The notes: generated by a model from the letters alone, not told the origin. 64,000 bases of DNA from Eledone cirrhosa (GCA_964016885.1 OZ024745.1:128278001-128342000), one strand, 5' to 3'. Positions 1 to 14,027 are shown, counted from the stretch's first letter. Program-made: numbers and translations.

Positions 1-17
1 GTGTGTGAATGTATATG

Positions 18-48
<31 letters not shown>

Positions 49-307
49 TTCTGTGTGTGTGCGTGTATGTATATATGTGTATGTATATATGCATGTATGT
101 ATGTATATGTGTGTATGTATGTATGCATGTATGTAAGTATGTATGTATGTGTATGTATATACATGTTTAGTTCTAAATTTCTTTTGTTACTTGCTTCCGT
201 TCTTTGGTTTATATGATCAGCCAATGTTTGTTTACATCTTCTACTAAATTATCCTCTTACCCCCCCCCCTCTCTCTCACTCTATATATTTCTATTATATA
301 TATATAC

Positions 308-338
<31 letters not shown>

Positions 339-345
339 AGTGAGT

Positions 346-454
346 TAGAAGAAGAAGAAGAAGAAGAAGAAGAAGAAGAAGAAGAAGAAGAAGAAGAAGA
401 AGAAGAAGAAGAAGAAGAAGAAGAAGAAGAAGAAGAAGAAGAAGAAGAAGAAGA
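346..454. repeat. (GAA)n microsatellite
   Basis: Uninterrupted GAA run; source of the poly-E/S/F ORFs. Confidence 0.98.
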
Positions 455-795
455 TTGAGTGTATGTGACTCGCAATAGTTTGAGAAGACAAAGAGAGGGA
501 GGGAGAGGGGCGGAGAATCAATGATGGAGAGAGAGGTGAAGAATGTGAGTTAGGGAGGGAGAAAGATATATATGGGGAGACATAGAGATACAAACAGAGA
601 GATAAAGAGAGATTAAAGAAAAATATGGAAAAGAGATTAACGCGAGGAGGGTGAAAGAGAGAAGTGAGTACACGGACAGTTCTGGATGTCACACACATCT
701 ATACTTTATCTGATTGTAATATAGGAGACGAAAGAAATAGCCTGAATATAAATACTTTCTCACTTGGGTATACTTGTCATTCGAAATCACTAATG

Positions 796-1450
796 ACCAT
801 TCTCTCAGTCATTTGTGCACACTTTAACACACACACACATGCACACACACACATTCACACATGCACAGACATACACACACATACACACACATTCACACAC
901 CATTCTCTCAGTCATTTGTGCACACTTCAACACACATACACACATGCACACACACACATTCACACATGCACACACATACACACACATACACACACATTCA
1001 CACACCATTCTCTCAGTCATTTGTGCACACTTCAACACACATACACACATGCACACACATACACACACATACACACACATTCACACACCATTCTCTCAGT
1101 CATTTGTGCACACTTCAACACACATACACACATGCACACACACACACATTCACACATGCACACACATACACACACATACACACACATTCACACACCATTC
1201 TCTCAGTCATTTGTGCACACTTCAACACACATACACACATGCACACACATACACACACATTCACACACCATTCTCTCAGTCATTTGAGCACACTTTACCA
1301 CACATACACACAGGCACACACATACACACACATTCACACACCATTCTCTCAGTCATTTGTGCACAATTTAACACACATACACACACACATATATACACAC
1401 ACACACACACTCACACACCATTTTCTCAGTCATTTGTGCACACTTTAACA
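796..1450. repeat. Minisatellite with core CCATTCTCTCAGTCATTTGTGCACACTT plus variable CA-rich spacer
   Basis: Core recurs at about 797, 900, 1006, 1088, 1195, 1268, 1341 and 1418. Confidence 0.93.
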
Positions 1451-2177
1451 CAAATGCACATACACACATACACATACGCACACACATACACACATACGCA
1501 CTCTCACACACCTACACACGCATACACAATTATAAATAGCCGGATTTGCATGTCACTACTGAATCAAGCATTATACTATTATATCTTCATTGTACTGTAT
1601 AGTTTCCCTGTGCTGCTGATCCGTTTACTTTTCGCATATATCATCATCATCATCATCATCATCATCATTTAATGTCCGCTTTGCCTGCTAGCAATGATTC
1701 TAAAAAGAACATTTCACAGGCATCTTTCCCTAGGGATATAGACTTAGATAAGCGATCTAAAGCTAGAAGGCTCCACTAGGTTCCCTTACTGCAGTTTCCA
1801 AGATCAAGGACAATACCACCCTAATAGATTGAGACAGTCGTTCCTGTCAGAATATCTGCTCGTCAGAGGGTTTCTTTAAGGTATAATATTATTATTTTTC
1901 CTTGCGCCATGCTGGATCGATGAGAATGAACTTCTTTCACGTAACTGGTTTATATATATTTTGTCTTATACCTTACAGAAACCTTAATCTATAAGGATGG
2001 TCAGTATTGTTCTTGACTTGGAAGCTGCAGTGAAGGAAGTTAGTGAAGTCTTCTAGCTTTAGGTTCCTTAACTAAGAATATATCCCAAGGGAAAGAGGTT
2101 TGTGGTGTACTCTTTTTAGATTATTTTATTGGGATCTACCCCTCAGTGATTTTTTTATAAGATGTTATATATGTACG

Positions 2178-2748
<571 letters not shown>

Positions 2749-3127
2749 TATATATATATATATATATATTAAGATAGGGGGGAAGAAAAAATGGCTTCAC
2801 TTGTGCTTTCAACAAATGTATTTTCTTCACAAAATCCAAAAAGAATTTTTCTTAAAAAAAATTATTTTATAAATTAAGTTGTTGGTTGTTGGTTAGGTCT
2901 TAGGAGTTCTTGGTTAACGTAGGAGGTATTGTTTCGTTTTTAGAAAGACCTTTCACGCTGAGGTGCGCTTGTCAAACTGATGTGTATGTGGTGTGTCGTT
3001 CTATATATAGGGATTTAACATGTCTGTGGTGTGGTGGGGGTTTCTTTTCTCCCTCTTTAATAAGTGCATGGGTGTATAAGCAAAAGGGATATTTAAGATA
3101 TGTCAATATTTATAAAACAAAGTTTTG

Positions 3128-3188
3128 TATTTTATCTGATGAGAGCGTACCAAAGTTTTGGTACGCTTGAAATATATATTATAGAATA
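3128..3188 (+). ncRNA. Minimal type I hammerhead ribozyme motif, family A
   Basis: TATTTTAT-CTGATGA-GAGCGTACC(AAAGTTTT)GGTACGCTT-GAA-ATATATAT-T-ATAGAATA: conserved core, paired stems I and II, palindromic stem III. Confidence 0.8.
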
Positions 3189-3347
3189 AATACGGTTTTA
3201 TAAATATAGTTTCCATTTATTAATATCATTGATATATATATATATATATATATATCTCAATGTAAAATATTACAGAGCCGAAATACATCCTAGGATGAAA
3301 CGATTGTAAGTGATTAAATGTTTTAAACACTCTTTGATTGTTATTTA

Positions 3348-3399
<52 letters not shown>

Positions 3400-3742
3400 T
3401 CCCTTTCTTTCAGGCCATATGCCAATGTTTGCATGTGTCTAAGCCTTCAGAAGGAAACTTAGATAATATTGTTAGAAAAGAAATGTAAGTTAGATATTGA
3501 CCGAAATATGGCCATGGAGAGCTGCGAGAATGATGGTTAGCTAATCTACTTATATGTCTAAGAGGAATAGAAATGGCGACCTATTGAGAGGATAAAGAAT
3601 TCTAATGTCTTGGATGTGTCCTTCAGAATCTCACAACCCATTTATTATTTTTTCTCATTCTCTCTCTCATTCACTCTCTCGTTCAATATTACTATTTCTC
3701 TCTTTCATTTTCTCCTGTTCACACATCTGCCTGTCAATTTGA

Positions 3743-3833
<91 letters not shown>

Positions 3834-3864
3834 TATTGACAGAGAGAGAGAGATTGATACATAT

Positions 3865-3961
<97 letters not shown>

Positions 3962-3996
3962 GAGATAGATAGATAGATAGAGAGAGAGAGATTGAT

Positions 3997-4098
<102 letters not shown>

Positions 4099-4151
4099 TG
4101 AGAGAGAGAAAGGGAGAGTGGGAGAGAGAAAGGGAGAGAGAGAGAGAGATG

Positions 4152-4205
<54 letters not shown>

Positions 4206-4223
4206 CAGATAGAGAGAGAGATT

Positions 4224-4304
<81 letters not shown>

Positions 4305-6299
4305 GTATGTATGTATGTATGCATGTATATATATATGTATATTCTATCTATACCTATCTATATATCTCTCCATATATATATAAAGAGATGGGAGGAGATA
4401 GATAGATAGAATTCCGAGAAATAGGTAAATAGTGATAGAAGAAGAAGAAGAAAGAAAGAAAAACAAAAAGCAAAAAAAGCAAAGGGAAGAAAAAAGAAAA
4501 GAAAGAAAAAACAAAGGGCAGTAAGAAAGAAAAAAGCGAAGGAAAATAGTGAAATGAGAGTAAAAGAAGGCGAGGTGATAGTTATTTTATAGGTAAGACA
4601 GAAGTTAACATTAAAAGCAATGTAATCCAAGAAGAGTTGTAGCTTTTCAAGAATCACTTTAACTTACTGTTATGGTTTCCAGAGAGTAAAGCAGATGTTA
4701 CGAATCCTTCTATGAAATAAGGCAATAACAATAACAATAAAAGCATAATAGCTATTTATATCTGTTAATGTACGCATATATGTTTATATATTTATATATA
4801 TGTATATATATATATGTATGTGTTAGTTTAGCGAGGTTTTTTATATGAAATCGTGTGTCGAAACAGATATTGTTATACTTGGGGAGGGTCATATTTGCGG
4901 AATATTGCCAGAATTAATAACAGAACACACTCACTGTTTGGTTGGTTTTCGCTTCTCGCTGTCTTTTATATCTGCGATCTAACTTACTCGGTCCTCAATG
5001 TTGCCATTGACTGACCGACGGTCAAAAATAATACAGATACAATATAGACACAAACACATATATATAGTTTACATAATTTACATAAATCTTTCGTTGCACA
5101 TCTGCAACATCGTCAGTGGTGTTATATTCTTTGTTCCTCCTGTTGTGTTGTATGTTTACGCCATTTTTTATTCAGTCTGTCTATATATTTATTTATTTAT
5201 TTGCTTGTTTGTTTATTTTATTTTATTTTGTCTTCTTTGCGCATGCGTTTGCGTGTGTGTATAGTGTTATGTGTGCTGTGTGACTAGTGTGTTTAGTGTT
5301 GTGTCTGCTGGGTGACTAGTGTGTGTTTATGTGCTTGTTGTTATTGTGCTTGTGTATGTATTTATTTATCTTATTTTATTTTATTTTATTTACTTATTTA
5401 TACTTCTCTTAGGTCAGTGTTGTTTGTTTGGGTGTTGTTGTTGTTCCACTCATTCTTTCTGTTTAGCTTTGGTCTTCTAATTTCTATTTCACTGGCCTCT
5501 CTGATTTGCCTATCTGCTGGGTCATTCCTATGTTTAGATATTATTCTAATTTCTATGTTGTCTATGTTATCTATCTAACTTTCTATGAATTCCTGTATCA
5601 AAATATTCATACCTTTATATTTATATGTATCGTTTGCCGACGTATGATTTTGTCGTCTCTCAATTTGTCGAATTCTCGTGACAAGTAAATTGACTCTAGC
5701 GAAAGTCACTGTTTTCGATGATGGAATAATTATTACTATGCATACAACCCAGATGTGTTATGCTGCTTTGAAGTTGAATTGATCAACAAGTCAAACATTT
5801 TGTTGTTAATTTCTGAACGGTTAATGTGATTCTCCGCTGAAACTGAGTGAATAGTAAACCATCACAAGGTTAACGAAACTACAAGCCCGTTAAGCCTGGT
5901 TTAACGATTTCAGAAGCAGAAATATATTTAAATATACTCAATTCATAATCTGCGATTATTCTCATTCTAGTACCCTAGTGGTGAGGGTGATGGCCTTATG
6001 ATCATAATATCGTGGATTCAAATCCTCGGCTGGAGGAGAAATAGAGAGGAATAACAGGATCAACATAACACCCCAAAAGGAATTGTTAGCTATCAATTTA
6101 AAGACTTTTAATGGTTTCTGATTTAGGCAAAAGGTCAACAATTTTGGGGGAATGGGAAACTCGATTAAATCGACTCCAGTACATTACTGGTACTTTATTT
6201 TATCGACCCCGTAAGGAAGAAAGACAAAGTTAAGACAAAATTAATTAATAACACTATTTACTGTAGGTTCATATCTAATATTAAAATACTAATAAAAAG

Positions 6300-6800
6300 A
6301 ATTTGCTACAATGTACCCAAATTCATCAATGTAGAAGATTAAAAAAGTAGCTAGTTGCATTAAATTAGAGCAAAGAAAGTATTATCCACAATCCATCTTA
6401 GAGACGAAGGAGCCAAAAAGAGCGAGCTAAATGTCTTAACTAAGTTTACGTTTAGAATTAAACACAGAACCAATTTATCAGTATTGAATAAGAGCACTTC
6501 TATAATTAATTGGTTGAATGACGTTAGCTATAGAGATAACCCATTTCTAGATAATTGAATTTTATTAATCAATAACGAAATTTTTACTTAAAAGAGCATC
6601 AGTATTTGCTATAAATTATATTTCAATCAGCGATTCGGATATCAAAATAATTATGCATGTACAAAGGCCATTTCTTTATAGGCAAAGAAAAATGGTGTTA
6701 ATTCGTTTGACGGTACAATAAGTAGTCTATAATTTACGGAAATATATCCAATCAACGGAGAATCTATTATATGGACTATAAAGATAGAACAGGATGTTTA
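6300..6800 (+). pseudogene. Heavily decayed Penelope-like reverse transcriptase relic
   Basis: Manual translation gives AKKSELN, KSTSIINWLN, LLKRASVFA...ISDSDIKIIMH, FDGTISSL*FTEI and YGL*R*. These resemble PLE RT motifs (PAKSEIG, NTSSVINWF, FDVTMGSYDGAE, GLYRDD). Many stops and frameshifts. Confidence 0.55.
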
Positions 6801-6917
6801 TCACAAATGTTTCTTGAATGATAAATAAATATTATAAAGGTTATATGAATTCAAATACACACTCGCTTTTCTCGATCAGAGATAACAATATTTATTTATA
6901 TATTACTCTGCATATAA

Positions 6918-6985
6918 GGCCGGGGGATTGGCAGTGCCGGGGAAGCGTCGGACAACATGCTTTATAGCATAGAGTCACGGCCTTT
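6918..6985 (+). mobile_element. SINE family 1, 5' fragment
   Basis: GGATTGGCAG...GCGTCGGACAACATGC...AGAGTCACGGCC matches the head of full copies such as 40658-40890. Confidence 0.8.
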
Positions 6986-7082
6986 GTTTCGGATTTGTTT
7001 CGTCGATCTCGTTATAAAGAATTTTTCGTTACAACGAATTTTTTTTACACCTCGTGAATTTCGTGATACCGGAATTTTACTG
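6986..7082 (-). mobile_element. Tigger/pogo-like MITE fragment
   Basis: Reverse complement CAGTAAAATTCCGGTATCACGAAATT... is homologous to 7725-7899 and 44239-44403; TA flank. Confidence 0.7.
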
Positions 7083-7231
7083 TATATGCAAAGCTGTCAA
7101 CCTTCAATTCAAATCAATTAACCAAAGGCACCTAATTCGTAGTATCAATCGATATGATTAATGCAAGAGAAGTTTGTGTGATCAGGCAAGAACAAATAAA
7201 GAAGTGAACCTGTATTATGAATTACAAATTA

Positions 7232-7524
7232 TCGTATTTCCCGGCGTCGAAGACGCTACGTTTTTCCCTAAAATAAGTCTAAAAAATCTACCAATGCGTC
7301 CTGGATGCCGAAGGTTTATTATTATTATCTGAGTTCAAATCCCGCCGAGGTTGACTTTGCCTTTCATCCTTACGGGGTCAATAAAATAAAGTACCAGTAA
7401 TGCACTGGGTAATTGCTGGCCTTGTGCCTAACGTAGAGACAATTATTATTATTTTATTTTTTTTCGTTGTCAAAATTAGGGTGCGTCTTCGAGGACGAAG
7501 CGTCTTCGGCGCCGGGAAATAAGT
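7232..7524 (-). mobile_element. TcMar (Tc2/pogo-like) MITE interrupted by a SINE 3' half
   Basis: TIRs CGTATTTCCCGGCG and CGCCGGGAAATAAG. Uninterrupted copy at 55805-55972 in the opposite orientation. SINE insert at about 7328-7450. Confidence 0.75.
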
Positions 7525-7724
7525 TATTTATTTTTCGCCAATAAATTTATCGATTTTATCCTATCGATCTGGATAGATTTTCCCCCCCTATAAGGACATG
7601 TATTTCGGCGGGTAGTCTAACAATTCCGACAATCCAACAATCTGGACTCTATTATCGATTGTGGAGCGAAGAAAGACAATCCCAACAGGATGAGGATTCA
7701 ACATGAAAACAACACAATTATATA

Positions 7725-7899
7725 CAATTAAATTCCGTTATAACGAAATTGATGGAGTATGAAAAAATTTCGTTGTAACGAAATATTCTTTATATCGAGA
7801 TCGACCTAACACATCGAGCGTGTGGCCGGGGATTGAAAAAAATTTCGTCATACTGAAAAATTCGTTATAATGGTATTCGTTATAACGGAATTTTACCTG
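7725..7899 (+). mobile_element. Tigger/pogo-like MITE
   Basis: TA|CAATTAAATTCCGTTATAACGAA ... TTCGTTATAACGGAATTTTACCTG|TA: TIRs with TA target duplication. Confidence 0.8.
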
Positions 7900-8471
7900 T
7901 ATGTAATTTCTCTGTTGCTCTACCAGTACTACAATCTCGCTAATTATTATATGTGTGTGTGTGTGTGTGTGTGTGTTTGCGTGTATGTGTGTGTATGTGT
8001 GTGTATGCGTTTGTATGTGTGCATGTGTGTGTGTATATATACATATATGTGTGCATATGTGTGTGTATGTGGGTGGATGTGTGTATGGGGCTTATGTGCG
8101 TTTGAGTACGTGTGTGTGTATGTGTGTGCTTGTGAGTATATGTGTGTGCCTGTGAGTGTATGTGTGTATATTTGTGTATGTGTTTGTTTGTGAATGTATG
8201 TGTGTATGTTTGTGTGTTTCTGTGTGTTTGCGTGTGTTTCTGTGTGTTTGCGTGTGTTTCTGTGTGCGTGTATGTGTGTGCGTGTGTGTGTGTAGCGATG
8301 GGTATATATATATATATATATATATATATAACCAAAGGTAAATAAGTTCATTGATTACTCAATGAATATAGTTTTACAATAGATTAAAAGCACTCTACAA
8401 TTAAGTTTTCTGGAGTTATTAATATTATTTGAAATATTAATAAATGAAGGCGCTCACATAATCAAAATATA

Positions 8472-8537
8472 TATTTTATTATATATATTTCGAAGGTACT
8501 GTGTTGTTTTTTCAGTACGTCCTCGTCAGATAAAATA
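8472..8537 (-). ncRNA. Minimal type I hammerhead ribozyme motif, family A
   Basis: Reverse complement: TATTTTAT-CTGACGA-GGACGTACTG(loop)CAGTACCTTC-GAA-ATATATAT-A-ATAAAATA. Confidence 0.82.
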
Positions 8538-8787
8538 CATGAATTGATGTATGACATACCTCAACGGTCTTGATAGTTCAATTCCAGTATTGGCATATAT
8601 GTATATATGTATATATGTATGTTTGTATGTGTATGTGTGAGTATATATACGTATGTATGTGTAAGTATGCATATGTATGTAAATGTATGTATGCATATAT
8701 GTATATATATGTATATAAGTATGTATGTACATACGTATGTATGTATGTGTGCATGTATGTACGTATGTATGAATGCATGTATATATG

Positions 8788-8820
<33 letters not shown>

Positions 8821-8986
8821 GTATGTATGAGTATGTATGTATGTGTATCTATGTATGTATGTATGTATGTATGTATGTATGTATGTATGTATGTATGTAT
8901 GTATGTATGTATGTATGTATGTATGTATGTATGTATGTATGTATGTATGTGTATCTATGTATATATGTATGTATGTATGTGTGTAT

Positions 8987-9362
8987 GAAGAACTCATAAG
9001 AGTCAACGGCCATCCGAAATTGTGTAAATATGTATATAGACATGCACTGCGCGGTTAAACCACTGGGAGTGAGGGACCCCTAGCCTTTGTCAGGGCAATC
9101 TTCTGGGAGAAGGCAACTCAGGAAACTGGGGTAACTCTGATATAAAACCTGCGGCTCAGTAGTTACCGATGATGTTGATCTTTTCTTCTTTTCGGGTTAT
9201 AGCTACTGTCACTCAGAGAGTGGGATTGGCTCAGTGCACAGTCTTTCCTCACTTTAAAAAATATCTTCACGCACAGGCATTGCACGATAGAATTAATTAA
9301 TAATTATTAATAGTGGTATATCGTGCAATGGCCATACTCGATAATGACGGGGCAGCCATCAT
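8987..9362 (+). mobile_element. Non-autonomous ~470-bp repeat resembling an RTE-clade 5' region (partial)
   Basis: Shares GAGTCAACGGCCATCC, GAGAAGG...AACTCTGATATAAAACCTGC, CGATGATGTTGA and the GCAGCCATC end with the copies at 20450, 23326 and 47082. Confidence 0.65.
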
Positions 9363-9587
9363 ATCGTGTGTCTCTATGTATGTATATGATCTTCTGGTTT
9401 TAGAATTTCACAAAGTTTTACCAATAGAGAGAGAGTCGGTTTCTAACATAGACACAAGACTCTCTCATTGGAATTTACACAACATCAACTAGGTAGATAT
9501 GTATGTATGCATGTGTAGATATGGATGTTATTGTATGTGTGAATGTGTATGTTTTGAGTTGTATGTGTGCATGTGTATATGCAGTTA

Positions 9588-10765
9588 TTAGATGCAAAAT
9601 ATTTGGAATGTTTTACATATTTTTACTGTTCCATTAATGGATTGTACTTGTAATTTCCTAACTAGTTGTGTTCTTTCTGTTCCTGTGAAGCCTAGCTTCT
9701 CAAGATTTGTATTGAGGCAGTTACTAACATACCCCAGTGCCCCAATAATCATAGGCATAAATCTGAAGGTGTAATCAGGGTGGAGTATCTGCAGATTTCT
9801 CATCAGTTCTGCATAAATATTCTCCTTTTCACTAATCTTTGATATTATATTGGTATCTTCTGGGCAGCTAATTTCCACTACTGTGCATGCTTTCTTCTCC
9901 CTGTCCCATATCATATCTCGTCTGTTATTCCTGCATTTTATTGGGGTTTTTATTGGAACATTCCACCAGTACTTTTTCATATCATGTACAAGGATGTCTT
10001 CCACATTGCTGTAGCTTTTAATGTGTTTATTATCGGGGCTATCTTTTTTACGAACTGCATTGTACAGTGTTTTGGCCACTACAACATGCCTCATAGGTAG
10101 ATAGTACCGCGATGACATCTTTGGACAGCTGCTGATGACATGGGTGATATCCTCGATGTTAGTTCTGCAGAGTCTGCACTTGTTATCACATCTAGGTGTT
10201 TTGCCTGCATCCCTATCTCTTTTGTGAATCAGGTATTTCGTATTAACTCCTGTTCCTGGATTGCAAAAGCGTATCTTTCAAAGTGGGAGCCAATATAGCG
10301 GTTGTTGGTCAGATATTGGTGAAGCAGTTAGGTCATTCGTGACAATGTTGCTAGATTGGGTTGATTTTCCCCGCTTTACAGTCATGTATGAGCATTTATC
10401 TTGGACAAACTCCATTCCTATATCCTTTGAGAACGTTGTAACCAGGTCCTCCTAAGTTGTCGTACCTCCGACATCGCAGTTTTGTTGATTAGGAGTTGTT
10501 CAGCACATCCCCAAACCCCTTTCTTTCCAGCTGCTTGTTATTATTTTCACGGTGATCTTGGAGGAATAGGTTCAGGCCTATATATGCATCAGGTTCTGGC
10601 ATGCAATGGGTCGGTAGTTTTTTGCCAAGTGAGTGTCTTTGTTCTTGGGGACCAGTAATGTTTGTGCTAATGTCAACCATTCTGGTATAAGTGTATCTCC
10701 CTCAAGAACTTGTTGGTAGAGGTGTGTAAGATACCTCCGATAGAATATCAGTTTTTGTACCATGT
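9588..10765 (-). mobile_element. R4/Dong-like non-LTR retrotransposon relic (RT N-terminal piece, CCHC finger, RLE endonuclease)
   Basis: PEWLTLAQTLLVPKNKDTHLAKNYRPIACQN (start of RT); FAIQEQE; CRLCRTNIEDITHVISSC (C-X2-C-X8-H-X4-C); RH...NRRDMIWD...VEISCP...K..EK..Y (PD-(D/E)xK RLE). Most of the RT core is missing. Confidence 0.88.
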
Positions 10766-11430
10766 TTGTATGTATGTATGTATGTATGTATGTATGTATG
10801 TATGTATGTATGTATGTATGTATGTATGTATGTATGTATGTATGTATGTATCTGTATCTACGTATGTACATAAGTATCTATGTATGTATTTATGTATATA
10901 TGTATGTATGTGTATCTATGTATGTATGTATATCTATGTATGTATGTGAATTTATGTATGTATGTATTATGGATGTATGTATGTTTGTATGTATGTGTGT
11001 ATGTATATATATGTATGTATGTATATATGTATGTATATATATATATATGTATGTATGTGTGTGTATATGTGTGTTATAATTCATTCCTAAACAATATTCC
11101 TTTGTAGTATTATATCCCAGGTGTCTAAGTTCTCAGATATAATCTGTTCATTGTTAAAAATGACCATTTACATTTATTTTTCAAGTAACCAGTAGCAACC
11201 TGTTCATTATTCTAGTAGATCTTCATTTGTTGTTGTTGTTGTTGTTGTTATTGTATTACTAGTATTGTTCTTGTTGTGAGTGTTGTCAATGGTGTTGTTG
11301 TTATTGTTGTTGTTGTTATTGTATTACTAGTATCGTTCTTGTTGTGAGTGTTGTTATTGTTGTTGTTGCTATTGTAGCTGTTTATTCGTTTGGTTTCTTT
11401 TGATTATAATTATTATTATCTCCCCGTCTC

Positions 11431-12190
11431 AGGGCAGTGGATTGGCAGAATCGGTAGAGCGTCGGACATCATGCTTTGCTACATAGAGTTACGACTCTTT
11501 ACCTTCTGAGTTTTTATCCCACCGAGGTTAGCTAGCTTTGTGCCTAAATCAGAAACCATTTTTGGCAGTATCGGTAGAGCGTCGGAGATCATGCTTAGCG
11601 GCATAGAGTTACGGCCTTTTACATTCTGAGATCAAATCCCGCCGAGGTTAACTTTGCCTTTCATCCTTACGGGGTCGACAAAATAAAGTACCAGTAATAC
11701 ACTGGATAATTGCTGGCCTTGTGCCAAAAGTCTAAACAATTATTACTATTATTATTGGCAGAATCGGTAGGGCGTCGGACATCATGCTTAGCGGCATCGA
11801 GTTACGGCCTTTTACGTTCTGACTTCTTATCCTGCCGAGGTTACTTTACCTTTGATCCTTACGGAGTCGATAAAATAAAGTACCAGTAATGCACTGGGAT
11901 CGATTTAATCGACTTTCCCTGACTCCAAAAATTGCTGGTCTTGTGCCTAAATCAGAAAGCATTATTATTACTATTATTATTGGCAGAATCGGTAGAGCAT
12001 CAGACAACATGCTTTTCTGCTTGAGTTACGGCCTTTTACGTTCTGAGTTCAAATCCCGCTGAGGTTAGCTTTGCCTTTCATCCTTATGGAGTCGATAAGA
12101 TGAAGTACCAGTAAATTACTGGGATCGATTTAATCGACTTTCCCCTTTACCAAAAATTGCTGGCCTTGTGCCTATATCAGAAACCATTGG
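11431..12190 (+). mobile_element. Four head-to-tail copies of tRNA-derived SINE family 1
   Basis: A-box-like TGGCAGAATCGGTAGAG, B-box GAGTTCAAATCC, central GCCTTTCATCCTTACGGGGTCGATAAAATAAAGTACCAG and (ATT)n tail. Copies start near 11431, 11562, 11754 and 11980. Confidence 0.9.
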
Positions 12191-12324
12191 TTTCCAGTCC
12201 TCTTTACTGAAACAGTTGTCAATATGCTTTTTCCCTCGATTTTTAGGGAAAACATTTGACTGATAATGTTAACAGATCAACGTAAATGCTACCACGCTGG
12301 CTCATTCTAGTTATTAAGTCATAA

Positions 12325-12712
12325 TCATTGTTTCTACTTTTGGCACAAGGCCAGCAATTATCCCAGGCATTACTGGTACTTGATTTTGTCGACCTCGAAA
12401 GGATGAAATGCAAAGTTGACCTCGGCGGGATTTGAATTCAGATCATAAAGGAACGAATACTGTAAAGCATTCTATCCGACCCTCTACCGATTCTGCCAAT
12501 CCACCGCCATATAGTTATAAATAATGATTTCTAGTATAGGCACAAGGCTAGTAATTTTTTTTTTTTTTTGTGGTGCTTTATTTTATCGACCCCGTAAGGA
12601 TGAAAGGCAAAGTTAACCTCGGCGGGATTTGTACTCAGACTGTAAAGGACCGTAGCTCTATGCTGCAAAGCATGGTCTCCGACGCTCTACCGATACTGCC
12701 AATACACCGCCT
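12325..12712 (-). mobile_element. Two SINE family 1 copies, minus strand
   Basis: Reverse-complement matches at about 12325-12510 and 12524-12712. Confidence 0.9.
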
Positions 12713-13150
12713 TTATTGAGTAATAATAATGACATTGATATGTATTGATTGTTGTTTAAAAAGGGACACTTTAGATTTAAAAAATCGCGATACGAAGAAG
12801 AAAAAGAATGTAAAAATATACCTTGGAGAAAGGTATTTGTCTTCAGATTAAAAAAAAAAAAACTAGTGAAACACGTCGAGATATTATCTTCTGTCTATTC
12901 TATGTACGAAGAGAATAACATAATTGTTCAACATTTCTTTATGTATTTTCACGTATGTATTCACACTATAAATATATCTATATGACATTTATATTAGATA
13001 TTCTAATATATGCTGTGTTGTGCATAAATATTTATTATTTAGTTCACTATGTTACCAGTGAATGTACATCATGAAAATTATAATAGCTAACTTCTTGTTT
13101 GTGTTTGAAATATATAACGTTTGACTATAAAGTATTTTCATGAGCTAAAT

Positions 13151-13642
13151 CAGAGGTTGTCAAACTTTTGGACCACCGCCCCCCACGACCACGTAATACC
13201 CTCAGCCACCCTCAGCGCCCACACCCTTATTCCCATGGAAATAAGGGTGGGGCGCATCCAAGCAACAAATATACATATACTACAAATATATATATATATA
13301 TATATTTCTACAAATATATATATATATATATATATATATTAGGTTAACGCTTGATATAGCAGGAAGAGGGTCTTAAGTTTCAGACGCTAGTCCTTCATCA
13401 AAAGAAAGAATGAGAAATAAAATAGATTAAGAGGACGAGCGGGGGGGGGGGGGATTGGAAAAAATGCCTTTAGATAAAAATAATAGGTCCATTCATGTTG
13501 ACATCTCTTGCAATATATATATATGTCATTTGATATTTAATATTCTATTATATCATCTCTACTGCCTCACCCCTTAGGCCGCAGAGTCCCCTGGACCGTC
13601 TCAGCGCCCCTGGGGGGCGTTAGCGCCTACTTTGAGAACTAG
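13151..13642 (+). mobile_element. Degenerate hAT-Charlie-like MITE containing nested (TA)n-associated inserts
   Basis: Ends CAGAGGTTGTCAAACT and ACTTTGAGAACTAG; GC-rich subterminal CGCCCC motifs. Confidence 0.5.
13371..13405 (-). ncRNA. Degenerate minimal hammerhead-like motif, family C
   Basis: Reverse complement TCTT-TTGATGA-AGGACTAGCGTCT-GAAACTT-AAGA. Homologous to 25893-25926, with a shared flank CTTAATCTATTTTATTTCTCATTC. Confidence 0.4.
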
Positions 13643-14027
13643 ATGATACAACTACTGATCTACTGATATACAGTCAATTTGTGAAAACACGTAAAGTGAT
13701 ATTTTATGTTGTTTTGAGTGCGAAGAAAATAAAATGTTTTTTGCGTTTTCACGTTTGATTACGTTTTTAAGTAATCTATTTTTATTACCTAGGTTTCAGG
13801 AATATATCAGATGAAAGAATGGTATTTAACTAATGTATTGGTACACGATGGGGCCCACCCACAGCCCCGCCGGCGGACAGAATGGAGAAGGCGTTTTTAA
13901 GTTGTAGTTGTGTCTACTTTAGATTTATCTTATATCTTCTAATAAACACAGTGTTCTGCAGAGATACTTCTTCTCCTCCTTCTTCTTCTTCTTCTCCTGT
14001 TCCTTCTTCTTCTTCTTCTTCTTCTGT

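Noticed and set aside
796-1450. Conserved ~28-bp core with variable spacers (CRISPR-like spacing)
   Set aside because: Spacers are near-identical CA microsatellite variants, not unique sequences.
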